Assembly: GCA_963666285.1 (NCBI GenBank)
Contig: OY762711.1
Reading direction: 5' to 3' (one strand)
Length of the DNA: 64,000 bases
From: Sedimentisphaerales bacterium
GTDB lineage: Bacteria; Planctomycetota; Phycisphaerae; Sedimentisphaerales; SM23-30
The number at the start of each line of letters is the position of its first letter. Positions within the stretch are counted from its first letter, which is position 1. Below the pieces are notes generated by a model. The model was not told the DNA's origin. It ran no database searches and was given only the letters and a program-made list of their open reading frames with translations. Made by a program: the position numbers and the translations under genes. Shown here piece after piece: positions 1 through 11,456 of the stretch.

Positions 1-163
1 TTGCTGATAGTAGCCTGGTGACAAAATGATAAAATTCAAAGTATGTTTTGAAATTAATATTCTATGAAAAATAAACATTTTTGAGCAGGATTGGGATATT
101 CCGTGCGTAACTAAAATGCATAAGAAAACATCAATTAAACTTTTAACAATAAGGAGATATATA

Positions 164-568
164 ATGTCAACAGCTAGTGAACTTGAAAAGATTTGTCTTT
201 ATGTAAGCAAACGCATGCTGCAGGGAGCCGATGAAAGTGAATTGCGGGAAGAGATGAAAGAAATAGGTTTTTCAGATGATCAGATAGACGGCCTTTTCAA
301 TGGATGCCGTGAGGGCATAAGAAAGGCTTTCGATGATACAATAGAAAGCGGAGTCGACCGTGCTTTCAAACGTTTTCGCGAAGAGCATCCTGTTAGACCT
401 GGTAACCGGTTTTTAGTTCGTATTCCGGCCCTGTTAGCCGGCGCTTTCCTGGTACTGGCTTCATTTGGAGGTTTTATGGAAGGTGAAAACGTAATGGCGG
501 CATTTATAGTATTATTACTAGGCCTGGGAGGAATTTACCTCTTTTACAAGCTGAGACCTGAAGCTTAA
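164..568 (+). CDS. hypothetical membrane protein
   Basis: ORF 116..568; AAGGAG at 151-156 favours ATG 164; two C-terminal hydrophobic helices. Confidence 0.7.
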   Translation: MSTASELEKICLYVSKRMLQGADESELREEMKEIGFSDDQIDGLFNGCREGIRKAFDDTIESGVDRAFKRFREEHPVRPGNRFLVRIPALLAGAFLVLASFGGFMEGENVMAAFIVLLLGLGGIYLFYKLRPEA

Positions 569-638
569 AGCAGGATTTTTGAATCTAATGTGTTTTGATT
601 AACCGTTTATTATAAAACTAATATTAAGGAATTATACC

Positions 639-1064
639 ATGAAATATGTGATCAATTTTAACAACTCGTTTAAGGCAGATAAACTAGGTATGGCAGGTAG
701 GGCTTCAATAGATATAAATGATGAAGCAATATCAATTACGGGTGTTCGCCAAAAGCTTGGCCTTCCAAAAACTTTATTTTTACTTTCTTCTTGTGCCTTG
801 GGTATCTATCTGATGGTTTCATTAAATCTGAATAATACTGTGTTTCATGCAATGATTGGTGGAGTTGCAGGTTCTGTCTGTTACACGATGTTCAAGCAGT
901 CTACCGTTACTTTTGACAGAACTACAGTTGAAGATCTTAAGAGAGATAAAAAAACGATCCAGTTCAAAGCGGTTGAACAGGATAATGATTCATCAGTAAA
1001 AATAAGGTTCAAGGCAAAAACAGAAGAAGAAGCAATCGCAATTGAACAGGCTCTTGCATGCTAA
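639..1064 (+). CDS. hypothetical membrane protein
   Basis: 141 aa ORF with AAGGA RBS and two central hydrophobic segments. Confidence 0.7.
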   Translation: MKYVINFNNSFKADKLGMAGRASIDINDEAISITGVRQKLGLPKTLFLLSSCALGIYLMVSLNLNNTVFHAMIGGVAGSVCYTMFKQSTVTFDRTTVEDLKRDKKTIQFKAVEQDNDSSVKIRFKAKTEEEAIAIEQALAC

Positions 1065-1091
1065 TTGAAAAAATATTCATAATTAGTTACT

Positions 1092-1266
1092 GTTGTGAAA
1101 ACTGCCTTTTGGTAAAACGCCTAAATGGGCCTTTCTGCAGCACATTGAATTAAATATACTGTCGAGAAATGTCTCGAAAATATAATTATATGTAAGTGTT
1201 TCATTCGCAAGGTCCTGTTCCGACCTTTGCGTGTAATGTTGATCAGTCAAAAGTGCGATACCGCAC
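1092..1266 (+). repeat. dispersed intergenic repeat family A, degenerate copy
   Basis: Shares GGTAAA..CGCCTAAA.GGGCCTT.CTGCA and CCTTTGCGT.TAATGTTGA.CAGTCAAAAGTGCG..CCGCAC with 51151-51383. Confidence 0.8.
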
Positions 1267-1284
1267 AATTAAGGAGATGTAAAA

Positions 1285-1896
1285 ATGTTAAAATCGACTT
1301 TGAGAATAGCAATAATGTCAATTATTGGAGTTGTTAGCCTGTTTGTAGCAATAGCAGCAGCTATAAACATTAACGAAGAAATTATTGAAAATAGCGATCA
1401 CGCTATAGAAAATAAAATAGCTCATCTTCAAGGTTATGAAAGTGATTACCTTAGGCTAAAAGAAAGACTTCCTCTTGAGTCGGCAAATAACGCAGACAAA
1501 GATATGCCAAAGGTTGTGTTTTTATGTATGCAGGATAGCAATAATCCTGGTCACAGTAAAATTCTGCGTCCCAGGAAGGTAGACCCTATAACAGCAAAGT
1601 TGCCGAATCCACTGTTTCCAGAAGATGTTGATACTATTACAAATGTAGTTTATACATATTGGGGTGAAAAACAGGTAGGGAAATATGATAACGGAGCCGC
1701 AGGGATGGTAGATACCTGCTTGATCAAAATCTTTGATGCCTTTACCGGAAAATTAATTGATGAGAAGCTGATTGTTGGACAAAACCCGCCTCAGCGTATA
1801 TCTGATTATAAAAATGGAAAAATTTATGGTCGTGTCTGCGACCAGGAAGTTATTGACTATGTAGCTGGTAAACTGAATGTTGGCCGGACAATATGA
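1285..1896 (+). CDS. hypothetical exported/membrane-anchored protein
   Basis: 203 aa ORF, AAGGAG RBS, N-terminal hydrophobic helix. Confidence 0.75.
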   Translation: MLKSTLRIAIMSIIGVVSLFVAIAAAININEEIIENSDHAIENKIAHLQGYESDYLRLKERLPLESANNADKDMPKVVFLCMQDSNNPGHSKILRPRKVDPITAKLPNPLFPEDVDTITNVVYTYWGEKQVGKYDNGAAGMVDTCLIKIFDAFTGKLIDEKLIVGQNPPQRISDYKNGKIYGRVCDQEVIDYVAGKLNVGRTI

Positions 1897-2101
1897 TATC
1901 TGGATTCTTTTATATTATAAGGTATGATGCTCGAATAAGGATATTAGCTAACTGCAAATCACATCACAATAGTGCAGCAGGTAAAAAGGACTCACGATTT
2001 ATCGTAAGTCCTTTTATACTAATAACGCATATCTGGAAAGATTCGCCTTTATGTTTTGGGAATATAAGTATGTTTGTTAGTTGTTATGAGACCGGCTTGT
2101 C

Positions 2102-5100
2102 CTAATAACCAGAAACTGTGAAACTGCCACAGTTTGTACCTTCGGTATATGTTTCATTCAGGTATAATCCATCAACGGCTGTTCCGGTCGAACTGCCTCC
2201 ATAATAAACGTCATATGTGCCATTAACAAGTTCGGGCGTAGATATAACTACTGATTGAAATGTCTTTGCCGGCACAAAACTCAGGATTGGATCTCCATCG
2301 CTCGATTGAAAATGTAATAATGTACCTGCTGAAACTGAGGACCTGAAGGTCAACAGTACCGAGCCCTGGCTTGAAGATGAGTCGGGTGATTGTGCCATAC
2401 CAGAGCTGCCGACTGCCACCAGTGTTCCACCGGATATTAAGAATGAACCATGGTCCAGGGCGGCATTTGCACTGGACGTCGGCCCGTGAACAATTACTAT
2501 TCCATCGGTCATGACAATTGATCCGTTGGAATCAAGACCGTCACCTTCGGCATAAACTGCAAGATAGCCGCCGTTAATATATAAATAACAGTCACTGACA
2601 GTTTCGTTGCCGAATCCTCCCATTCCCATTGTATCACCACCGCCGGCTACGCTGATACCGTCATCGCTGGATTCAACATGGATCGTACCGTCGTTTATGA
2701 CTACATCTCCGTCAGCACTTTCCAGCCCCTCATATGATTTGGTAATATCAATTTCTCCGCCATTAAAAACCAGGTCAGCCTCTGCGTGAATTCCGTCATC
2801 AGCAGAAGAAATGGTCATAACTCCTCCGTTAATGTCAATACTTCCGTCTGAATGGACCGCGTCATCGGCAGAGTCAACTGTTATGTCTCCGCCGTTTATG
2901 ACTATACTTTCGGTTCCCTTGATTCCTTTTGCTGATATTGAATCACCTACCTGATAGCTGCTACCGTCACCGGAGGTAATATATATTTCACCATCGGTGA
3001 TTACTACGTCTGTTCCTCCCTGAATAGCATCTCCATCGGAAACTACTTCTATTGCACCATTTTTTATAGTGAGACTTTCACCTGATGTTATGCCGTCGTC
3101 ACTCGAGGATACATAGATGTCTCCGTCAGTAATTACGATTGTTGTGCCTTCAATCCCTTCGTATGATTTAGTAATATCAATTTCCCCACCATTAACTTCC
3201 AGGGTCGTTTCTGCATGAATTCCGTCATTGTCAGAAGCAATAGTTAATGTGCCGCCATTTATTTGCAGGCTTCCATCCGAGTCGATGCCATCATCAGCAG
3301 ACTCTATTTCGCATGCTCCTCCATTAATTTCCAGGGTGGTCTCTGCGTGAATTCCGTCTATGCCGGAAGCAATTAATAATGTACCTCCGTTTATTTGCAG
3401 ACTGCCATCTGAGTCGATGCCGCTATCGGCGGAGTCAATTTCGCAATTTCCACCGTCAATGATTACGCTTATATTTGCCTTTATACCCTTGGCTGAATTA
3501 CTTTCATCAATATCGCTTCCGCTTCCGCCTCCGGAATCAATAGCAATCTCGCCATCGGTAATATAGATACTTGTTTTTGCCTGAATAGCATCTCCGCTCG
3601 CAACAATATCAATTATGCCGGATTCTATAGAGATATAACCCAAAGTTGTGTCACTGTCATTATCTGATTTCAAACCGTCGCCTCCGGCATTAACTGTAAT
3701 ATCTCCATCCTGGATAACAATATAATTTTTACCCCTTATTCCGTCATCTACCGCATTTACCTCGATTGTACCGCCGGCGATAACAAGTCCGTCTTTACTG
3801 GCAATGCCGTCATTGTAATTTCCATTGACCGTTAATGCTCCGTCGCCATATATTGTTAGATCATCCTTGCTGAAAATAACCGCATTAGGCTCATCCCCAT
3901 CGGTATATTCTGATATTTCCGTCCTTCCGTCTGATACATAATTTTCAGTATTGGCTGCGAGGTCGATAATCGTTTTTTCTGCATTTTTTATAAAGACTGG
4001 AGCGCTCGAAGAACAACTGATATCGGCACCGTTCAGGATTAGCCTGACTGTATCATAATCACCCGAATCTACTATTATCTGTCCGTTATCCAGGCTGCCG
4101 CTTATGCTGTATGCCCCCGCAGCTGTTATAGTGACTTGGCTGCCGCTGACAGTTGCACCATAGCCGGTTACAGATATCGAGTCTCCGTCCAGGTATATTG
4201 GAATAACATCTGATGAATCCCAGATGTAATCATCCGTACCTGTACCCCAGATAACACTGCCTGTGCTGTCGATTAGAATATCTGAATCTTCTAATGGCGG
4301 GTCATTTGGCCAGATGTTGCCAATTGCATAAACACTTGCTGTTCCGTAATGGGTAATCGATACTCCGGTTACCCCGGAAAAATCGTTATCGCCTGGATCA
4401 GATCTGGTTCCCAGGTCTGGGTTGCCGCTGTCAATTCTGATAGCATTATTACATATAAAAGTATTATCGCGCACGCTTGGCTGAGCAAAGGAAGAGCATA
4501 CCCGGATTGCACCGTAGCTGTAACCGTCAGGCAGGTTGAAAGTATTGCTGGTGATCTGTGGATACCCGCTCTGCACCTGGATACCGGCTTCGCCGCTGCC
4601 CGTAATTGTATTGCCGCTGATAGTCGCGTTTGTTGCAGGTCCCTCTACATAAAGAGGTATGGCTGAGGAACTAAAAATATTATTGCGAATAATTGGGCTG
4701 TCCGAACAGTAGTAAATATAAACGCCATATGAGTTACTAGCAAATACATTATTTTCCACCACGGAAGTGCCGTCATTTCCCAGGTACACTCCTCCATATG
4801 TATTACTTATGAATGTGTTATCGGAAATCTCCATTGTCACTCCGTCCACATAAATTGCCATGTGTCCGGCAATACTGGTATCCTCACCGATTTTGATTCC
4901 TGAAACCCTGGAATCTTCAGCGCCTATTATTGTAACCGTATCGCTGTTTGCCGTCTGGCCGTAGCCGTTAATGACTGTCGGTGTTGTACTGGCTCCTTTA
5001 TTAGCCACATCTCCGATAAGGGTCTGGTCGTTCTTCAGCTCCAGTGGAAATACTTCTCCGTTTGCCTGATCATATGTTCCTGGCAGAACCTGAATGACCG

Positions 5101-6241
5101 AATTCTCACCTGATACACTCAGGGCATAACTAATTGTCTTATAAGGCAATGCCTCTGTCCCGTCATTAAGATCGCTTCCGTTAACAGCGTCTACATAATA
5201 TGTGTTGACAGTAGTGGAGCTGATAAAAAGACTTTCTCCGAGAACTCCTGTTCCGGCTTGGGAAAACGAACCTTTACTGCTTATAACTTCGCCGTTAATT
5301 TCGATTTCGGCATTGAATGAAACATTAATCTTTAGATTTATCGAGAGCCCATATTTTATTTTGGCTGTAACCTTGATTTTGGTGATAGAAACGCTGGTAT
5401 TCGAAGTGCCGGTTACTTCATCCTCAATTACATCGGTCAGGAAATTCTCAAATTCAGTTTGATCCAGAGTTGCTTCAATTTTACCATTGGTAACAGAATA
5501 GGCTCCGGTAAATTCACGGGACTCATCGTCAATCGCAACGAACTCATTTTCCGCCAGGTCGTTACTGCTGTTTGGGCCAAAGATTAAATCGAGACTACCG
5601 GAATCGCTTATTTTGCCTAGACCTTTAATGCTCGCTTTACTCGTGGTAGAGACTGACCAGTGCGAACCGGCTCCGGTCATTTCGATCACTCCGGCACTTT
5701 TGCTGCTGATAGAAACCTTGCTTACTAAAGCTTGACCATTAACGGTCAGGTCTGCGTTAGCTTTGATTGCCATATTTAACTTCATGGATATCCCGGCAGA
5801 GGTGGATTTGGGCTTTGCTGTATTTTTGATCGCTGTAACTTCTACGCTGTTGACCGTTACCGTATTGCCAGCTTCTGTTGCGGCACTTTGGATTTTAGCC
5901 TTGATATAATCCTCCAGTGATGTTGTGTCCGGCATAAGAATTTCATTTGCCTTGGCATCTGTGGCATAATTACCATAAAATGAGTCGCCTTCAGGGTCAA
6001 CTGCCAAAAATTCTCCTTCGGATAGTTCAATGTCATCATTCGGGCCAAAATATAAATTCATTGCCCCATTCAGCTTGAGCTTGCCAACTTTCGCAGCATT
6101 TACCGCCAGCGAACCGGTCAGCTCCCAACTGGAACCGCCTACATCGATTGGCATAGACGCAGCCTGAACTTTATCAACTGAGACCGACAATATTGCCGAC
6201 GAAAATAGACATAATAATGATATAATGGACTTATTTATCAT
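2102..6241 (-). CDS. large secreted beta-helix protein: DUF1565/right-handed beta-helix plus Cthe_2159-like carbohydrate-binding domain
   Basis: GGAG RBS before ATG 6241; signal peptide; YYVDAVNGSD..GT...PYKTISYAL DUF1565-type start; ITAAGAYSISGSL..GQIIVD and repeated I.GG.I.I.S.DDGI motifs of Cthe_2159-like domains. Confidence 0.8.
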   Translation of the reverse strand: MINKSIISLLCLFSSAILSVSVDKVQAASMPIDVGGSSWELTGSLAVNAAKVGKLKLNGAMNLYFGPNDDIELSEGEFLAVDPEGDSFYGNYATDAKANEILMPDTTSLEDYIKAKIQSAATEAGNTVTVNSVEVTAIKNTAKPKSTSAGISMKLNMAIKANADLTVNGQALVSKVSISSKSAGVIEMTGAGSHWSVSTTSKASIKGLGKISDSGSLDLIFGPNSSNDLAENEFVAIDDESREFTGAYSVTNGKIEATLDQTEFENFLTDVIEDEVTGTSNTSVSITKIKVTAKIKYGLSINLKINVSFNAEIEINGEVISSKGSFSQAGTGVLGESLFISSTTVNTYYVDAVNGSDLNDGTEALPYKTISYALSVSGENSVIQVLPGTYDQANGEVFPLELKNDQTLIGDVANKGASTTPTVINGYGQTANSDTVTIIGAEDSRVSGIKIGEDTSIAGHMAIYVDGVTMEISDNTFISNTYGGVYLGNDGTSVVENNVFASNSYGVYIYYCSDSPIIRNNIFSSSAIPLYVEGPATNATISGNTITGSGEAGIQVQSGYPQITSNTFNLPDGYSYGAIRVCSSFAQPSVRDNTFICNNAIRIDSGNPDLGTRSDPGDNDFSGVTGVSITHYGTASVYAIGNIWPNDPPLEDSDILIDSTGSVIWGTGTDDYIWDSSDVIPIYLDGDSISVTGYGATVSGSQVTITAAGAYSISGSLDNGQIIVDSGDYDTVRLILNGADISCSSSAPVFIKNAEKTIIDLAANTENYVSDGRTEISEYTDGDEPNAVIFSKDDLTIYGDGALTVNGNYNDGIASKDGLVIAGGTIEVNAVDDGIRGKNYIVIQDGDITVNAGGDGLKSDNDSDTTLGYISIESGIIDIVASGDAIQAKTSIYITDGEIAIDSGGGSGSDIDESNSAKGIKANISVIIDGGNCEIDSADSGIDSDGSLQINGGTLLIASGIDGIHAETTLEINGGACEIESADDGIDSDGSLQINGGTLTIASDNDGIHAETTLEVNGGEIDITKSYEGIEGTTIVITDGDIYVSSSDDGITSGESLTIKNGAIEVVSDGDAIQGGTDVVITDGEIYITSGDGSSYQVGDSISAKGIKGTESIVINGGDITVDSADDAVHSDGSIDINGGVMTISSADDGIHAEADLVFNGGEIDITKSYEGLESADGDVVINDGTIHVESSDDGISVAGGGDTMGMGGFGNETVSDCYLYINGGYLAVYAEGDGLDSNGSIVMTDGIVIVHGPTSSANAALDHGSFLISGGTLVAVGSSGMAQSPDSSSSQGSVLLTFRSSVSAGTLLHFQSSDGDPILSFVPAKTFQSVVISTPELVNGTYDVYYGGSSTGTAVDGLYLNETYTEGTNCGSFTVSGY

Positions 6242-6917
6242 TGTATCTCCCATTTTATGCAGCAATTGGTAATGACACCTCATATACACCAAATCATTAA
6301 ATCCGTGTTGCTGAATAACTGTTTAAATTATATAGGTTTTCTTGGTATTGTTATTATTTTTACATTTAAAACTGTAATAGTCGCTCTTAAAAGCCTATGA
6401 AAAAGTGATAAGTAATATGCTGGTATGTAATAAGTTAAGGTGTTTGTATCGCTCAAACATAAACTTATATTTTATCTTTTTACTCTTGCATATGCCGAAC
6501 AGTCAAAAGTACTAAGCATACTATTGATATTTTCATGAATTTAATTCACAGGCAGGCAGTCAAAGGCAGGTAGCATTTTGCCGTCACGCAATTTTCCTCT
6601 CTACACAAATAAAACGACAACGAGTTTATTAACATGCGGGAAAAATTAGAGAAATGTTAAAAAGAGAATAGTAATAAATGGTTAAGGCCGGGTTGCAACT
6701 TTGGCCTTGTGCTTAAACGCCTGGTGTACAATGCTTTAGCTTGTCTGGGAGAAGATGTTTCCTAAGGTTAGATAAAAATAATATTTTTTGTAATGATCTT
6801 GTTTATAAGTGTTTATGTTATTTTTTAGGCTGTTTGTATAAAAAACTTTGGTGTGTTTTTGTAAAATGTGGAATATTAATATAATAGACTTGCTATTATT
6901 TTAGTTAACTTGTGTAA

Positions 6918-7131
6918 TTTTTAAGCTGCAAGTAACGAAGTGCCGCAGGTGTTCGCTCAAATGGGCCTTCCTGCTGCGTATTGAATTTAAACAAAAAGTG
7001 GGACGATAAGTGAATACCTTATTTTTCATTTTCACTATTCGTTTTTCACTAAAATTGGTCTGGTGCAGGCCTTTACGGATAATATTGTAAAGTCAAAAGT
7101 ACGCCTTGTGCAAGATTGAAGCATAAAGCGT
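6918..7131 (+). repeat. dispersed intergenic repeat family A copy
   Basis: Colinear similarity to 51151-51383, including TAACGAAGTGCC, GGGCCTTCCTGC, TTTTCACTATTCGTTTTTCACT, AGTCAAAAGT, GAAGCATAAA. Confidence 0.85.
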
Positions 7132-7156
7132 TCTTTTTAATATGTAAATTTAATGC

Positions 7157-7684
7157 ATGGATGTTGATAAGAAACAATATATAAATCTATTAACTGCCAA
7201 TTATTGCAGGATAAGCTCTTATATATCATGTCTGGTGCCTAATCATAATGATTCTGAGGATATTTTACAGGAAACAACATCTGTAATGTGGGAGAAGTTC
7301 GATTCATATGAAACGGGTACCGATTTTTTAGCCTGGGCTTTGGCAATAGCGAGATACAAGGTTTTAGCCTATCGGAGGGATAGGGCCAGAAGTAAAGTAC
7401 AGTTCGATGATAATGTGATAGAGTTGATAGAGAATGCCAGTAAAATCAAACGGATCAAAGATAATTCCGCCAATAAAATTAGTTTTCTAAAGGAGTGTGT
7501 CGGTAAGTTATCTGAAAGAGAACATCTGCTGATAAAATTAAAGTTTTCCCATAACTACACAAATAAAAAATTAGCAGGTAGGGTAGGTGTTTCGGTTAAT
7601 ACTATCAGTCGCCATTTGTCAAAAATCTATCATAATTTACTTTCCTGTGTAAATTATAAAATGGGGGCATCGAATGAGTTATAA
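7157..7684 (+). CDS. ECF RNA polymerase sigma-70 factor (Planctomycete/Verrucomicrobia type)
   Basis: DSEDILQET..VMWEKFDSYETGTDFLAWALAIARYKV region 2; region 4 HTH; overlaps downstream FecR gene. Confidence 0.9.
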   Translation: MDVDKKQYINLLTANYCRISSYISCLVPNHNDSEDILQETTSVMWEKFDSYETGTDFLAWALAIARYKVLAYRRDRARSKVQFDDNVIELIENASKIKRIKDNSANKISFLKECVGKLSEREHLLIKLKFSHNYTNKKLAGRVGVSVNTISRHLSKIYHNLLSCVNYKMGASNEL

Positions 7685-9356
7685 CTATGAAAAGTACAGG
7701 AAAATAAGGGTTCTGGTTTGCGAACTCAATGAAGGTTTAGCCTCTCCTGAAGGAATGGCAGAATTGAATAGTATTTTGGCAAATGATCCTGAAGCTGTTG
7801 AATACTATGTTGATATTATCGATTTACAGACCTATGTTAGATCTATTCTTTCAGATTCAGCTATTGAAAGCACGGTTGATGTAGCTTCGGATGACATGGT
7901 TGAATTGATGCTCTCTTTAGTTGAGAATGAAAATAATGCCTGTCCTATTGAGTTTCCTGAAAGTATTATTGATAATGATGAGCAGGTGGTAAAAGCCAAA
8001 AAAGAAGTGCAGAAGATCAGGAAGTTTTATCGTGTTTACAGTACGATAGTTTCGATAGCAGCAGTTCTTATGGTTATGTTTATTGTGTATGCTAATCTTT
8101 TCCCTCCACAATATACAGTTCCGGTCGCTACTCTTGTTGATCATATTGACGCACAATGGAATAACACATCTGATAAGTTGAATGTAAATGATAGAATTCT
8201 GATAAATCAGCCTTCATATATACTTGATGGAGGTATTGTAAAAATATCTTATGATGATGGTGTAGAGCTGATTATTGAAGGGCCTGCTGAATTTACAATT
8301 GAAAAAAAGGGGATTAGCTTAATCTCTGGCAGTTTGTTTTCGCATGTGCCCAGATCAGGAATTGGTTTTACTGTAAATACTGCTAACGCGCGGTTCATTG
8401 ACCTGGGAACTGATTTTGGAGTATACGCCGGGAGTAACGAATCGTCAGAACTGCATGTGTTAAAAGGTGAAGTGCAGTATTGTTCATGTTTTCCTGATGC
8501 GAAGAATAGCAGTAAGACTATAAAAGAAAACAATGCGAGAAGATTTATTGCACAGGCTAATAATATTGAGGTTATTCCTGTTGCGGTTGATTATTTTGTT
8601 TGCCAAATGGATTCCCAATCAGGTGTTGTCTGGCGAGGTCAGAAAGAGATGGATCTCGCTGACATTGTAGGGGGAGGAAATGGTTTTGGAACGGGTCAGC
8701 TGAATGCTACTATAGGGACAACTGATGGTGTTATGAGTGTTAAACGTCGGCAGGATATAAAATTATCAGAAAAAAAGGGAGATGGCAAATATCATCTTGC
8801 TTCTAAAGTAAGGTATGTTGATGGTGTATTTGTTCCTGATATATCTACTCAGATAAGCTCAGATGGTTATGTTTGTAATGATTTCCCGGATACTTCCGGC
8901 TTATATTCATGTGATCTTTTGTTTGGGTCTGTATACTGGCCTGCCAGGCCGTTGGTGTTAGATGGCATTGAGTATGGTACAGATCGGAACCATTCACTTT
9001 TTATGCATGCAAATCTTGGTGTGACATTTGATTTGGATGAAATTAGAAGTGATCTGAAAGGTGTAAATATCAGGGAGTTTCGTGCCCGGGCCGGCATAAG
9101 TGAAAGTGCAAATGGTCTTGATTGGGCAAATGTTGATATCTGGATTTTTTTAGATGGTGAATTAGGTTATAAAAAACAGGAAATTAAGAGGGGGCAAATT
9201 GAAGATATATTTGTTGTGATCCCCGATCATACGAGGTTCCTGACGATTGCAGTGACAGAAGGCGGGGAGCATGATCCTGCAGTACTAACAAAAAAAGTCA
9301 GTAAAGTGTCGTCAGACTGGTGTGTGTTTGCAAATCCTGTTTTAAGCTTCGAGTAA
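7674..9356 (+). CDS. FecR-domain anti-sigma factor with C-terminal NPCBM/NEW2-like domain
   Basis: TM helix; GFTVNT..ARFIDLGTDFGV..ELHVLKGEV FecR motif; DLADIVGGGNG, MHANLGVTFDL, DWCVFANPVL motifs. Confidence 0.85.
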   Translation: MSYNYEKYRKIRVLVCELNEGLASPEGMAELNSILANDPEAVEYYVDIIDLQTYVRSILSDSAIESTVDVASDDMVELMLSLVENENNACPIEFPESIIDNDEQVVKAKKEVQKIRKFYRVYSTIVSIAAVLMVMFIVYANLFPPQYTVPVATLVDHIDAQWNNTSDKLNVNDRILINQPSYILDGGIVKISYDDGVELIIEGPAEFTIEKKGISLISGSLFSHVPRSGIGFTVNTANARFIDLGTDFGVYAGSNESSELHVLKGEVQYCSCFPDAKNSSKTIKENNARRFIAQANNIEVIPVAVDYFVCQMDSQSGVVWRGQKEMDLADIVGGGNGFGTGQLNATIGTTDGVMSVKRRQDIKLSEKKGDGKYHLASKVRYVDGVFVPDISTQISSDGYVCNDFPDTSGLYSCDLLFGSVYWPARPLVLDGIEYGTDRNHSLFMHANLGVTFDLDEIRSDLKGVNIREFRARAGISESANGLDWANVDIWIFLDGELGYKKQEIKRGQIEDIFVVIPDHTRFLTIAVTEGGEHDPAVLTKKVSKVSSDWCVFANPVLSFE

Positions 9357-10100
9357 ATATATTTTGGGTCAAGGAGGCAAGTATTCCCAATGCCAGGTTG
9401 TTGCCGAACTTATGGAGCTTCTTAATAAGAAGCGGGCAGATGTAAGGATTACTGGTACAAGTGTCCAATAGATAGATTAACACATGAATCAGAAATAATA
9501 AAATTTAATTTTGTCATGAATGACAATATTGCCAAGATCAATAAACTGGAATCAGCACTTATTGCACTTACTTACTTTGATTTTTTTCAGCTTTGCGTCA
9601 ACGGTGTAATGGGTTGATTCCGGTTTTTCCTGGCAAAAGTTTTTTACTCAAAATTATCAATTAGTGTCTATATATTGCAGCAGTATGTGTTTTGGCACTC
9701 TATTATGTTAATAGTTTGATTTAGTCTGCTGATACGCCGCTTCCTTTCCCTAATGTCGAAGATCCGCTTCAGAATGACCAGGTCCCTTATCTTAATAATG
9801 CTGTTTTCTGGTGCAGGACAATGATAATACTTGAAGTTTAATGCTGTAATGCTCTTATTTGCAAGTGTTTACGTGGGTTGTGGGGTTGGTCTCGTAAATG
9901 TCTTTTGTGTGTATTAGTTCTTTTCTGCTCTTCTTTATATCCAATCTTTTTGTCTCCGGTGGTATGATTTCTACCTTGAAAATTATATTATAATTTTTTT
10001 CATATTTTTGCGCAAGATGTGGGTTTGGCATATGTATCTAATTGTGGTTAACCAAATATTTGATGTAAAAATGAAAATACTTATTCAAGGAGAATTAATT

Positions 10101-11456
10101 ATGAAAAAAGTGATAATTTTATTACTGTGCTTTGCAAATTGTATTTTTGCACAAGAGGTAACCAATCAGGAAGTGGACAAAAAAGTTAAATCAGATTGTC
10201 CGGACAATGTTGAACTTGATGTTACAGAACAGGAAAAAGATGACCTGTCAATGACGAATTTTATTTCTGCTGATTCTGTTATCATTAGCCGTAAGGTTAT
10301 TGAAATGAGAGACAGCTATCTGAAAGAAAAAGGGTTGCGATTGGGATTTAATCCTGATGGTTCATATGTCGGCTGGGGACAAAGTGACATTTCAGTATCC
10401 CCTAAACGGATTGATTTTGCACAAAAACGGGCATTAGCATTTGAAAAAGCATTTATTGATGCTAAAGGTGAATTTGTTAAAAGCCAAAAACATTTTTATG
10501 AAGTTGAGGTAGTGAGGAATTTCTTTAATACTGATATTGATTTTAACAATAACCAGGAATTAAGAGAAAGTACCGCAACAGTTATCTCTAAAAAAGTCCA
10601 GGCATTAACAGAAGCACAGTTGGACCAGAAACTATTGGAACTAGGCATCGATCCTGATTCGATCGCAAATTCTGATATAAAATCGAAACAGGAAATAGCG
10701 ACAAATTCTCTTAGAAAAGAGGTCGCAATCAAAGCTGTAGAAAGCGTAAAAGGTGTAATAATACTCAAGACTATTCATGATATGAATAATGTCGGAGTTT
10801 TGATTAAGTACAGTTCCAGATACGATTCACTGGCCCAGGCTATGATATCTGATAAGCTTGTCGGCTACCCCGCTAAAACTGCACCGGCAGATTCTATCAC
10901 CAGGCAATTAAATGAGATATGTCCAAATGATGAAGATTTAATTTCGGTTTACGGCGTAAGAATCCTGGTTGATGAATATGGTAATCGTGTTATTGCTTCT
11001 TTTGGCCAGTATAGCCCATTGGTTTCAAAGGCAGATTCAGACATGAAGAAACAAAATGCGTTCAAAGCAGCTAAAATGAAAGCAGCGTCTATAGCAGAAT
11101 CATACATGATGCAGTTTAAGAAGACAACGCTTGCCTTATCTGAAATAGCAACTTTACAGGATAGTGACTCAATAACTTTGCTTGAAAAAGACAATGGGTT
11201 TGAAGAGGTCTCATCCTCAACTGTTGGTTCTTCTATCGAAGACTATATCAGAGAAACCTCTGCTGGTAAATTCAAAGGGGTAACCACGATACGGGACTGG
11301 GTTGCCAATGATCCGGTAACAGGTCACCTGATATTTGGGCAGGTTGTTTTATGGACACCTGAATTTCAAAGGCCAACTGAAACTATAACAGATAACAGTG
11401 ATGTTTATGATAATGTTGACCCTTTTGGTTCAAAGGAGATTGGCAATGACTGGTAA
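10101..11456 (+). CDS. secreted protein, DUF6844-like, first gene of CsgG/COG3014/LpoB operon
   Basis: AAGGAG RBS before ATG 10101; signal peptide; R..AFEKAF.DAK.EF motif; operon context. Confidence 0.6.
   Translation: MKKVIILLLCFANCIFAQEVTNQEVDKKVKSDCPDNVELDVTEQEKDDLSMTNFISADSVIISRKVIEMRDSYLKEKGLRLGFNPDGSYVGWGQSDISVSPKRIDFAQKRALAFEKAFIDAKGEFVKSQKHFYEVEVVRNFFNTDIDFNNNQELRESTATVISKKVQALTEAQLDQKLLELGIDPDSIANSDIKSKQEIATNSLRKEVAIKAVESVKGVIILKTIHDMNNVGVLIKYSSRYDSLAQAMISDKLVGYPAKTAPADSITRQLNEICPNDEDLISVYGVRILVDEYGNRVIASFGQYSPLVSKADSDMKKQNAFKAAKMKAASIAESYMMQFKKTTLALSEIATLQDSDSITLLEKDNGFEEVSSSTVGSSIEDYIRETSAGKFKGVTTIRDWVANDPVTGHLIFGQVVLWTPEFQRPTETITDNSDVYDNVDPFGSKEIGNDW

Noticed and set aside
9730..9800. 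Possible recombinase fragment on the minus strand (IRDLVILKRIFD / GHSEADLRH)
   Set aside because: Too short and ambiguous to support without a search
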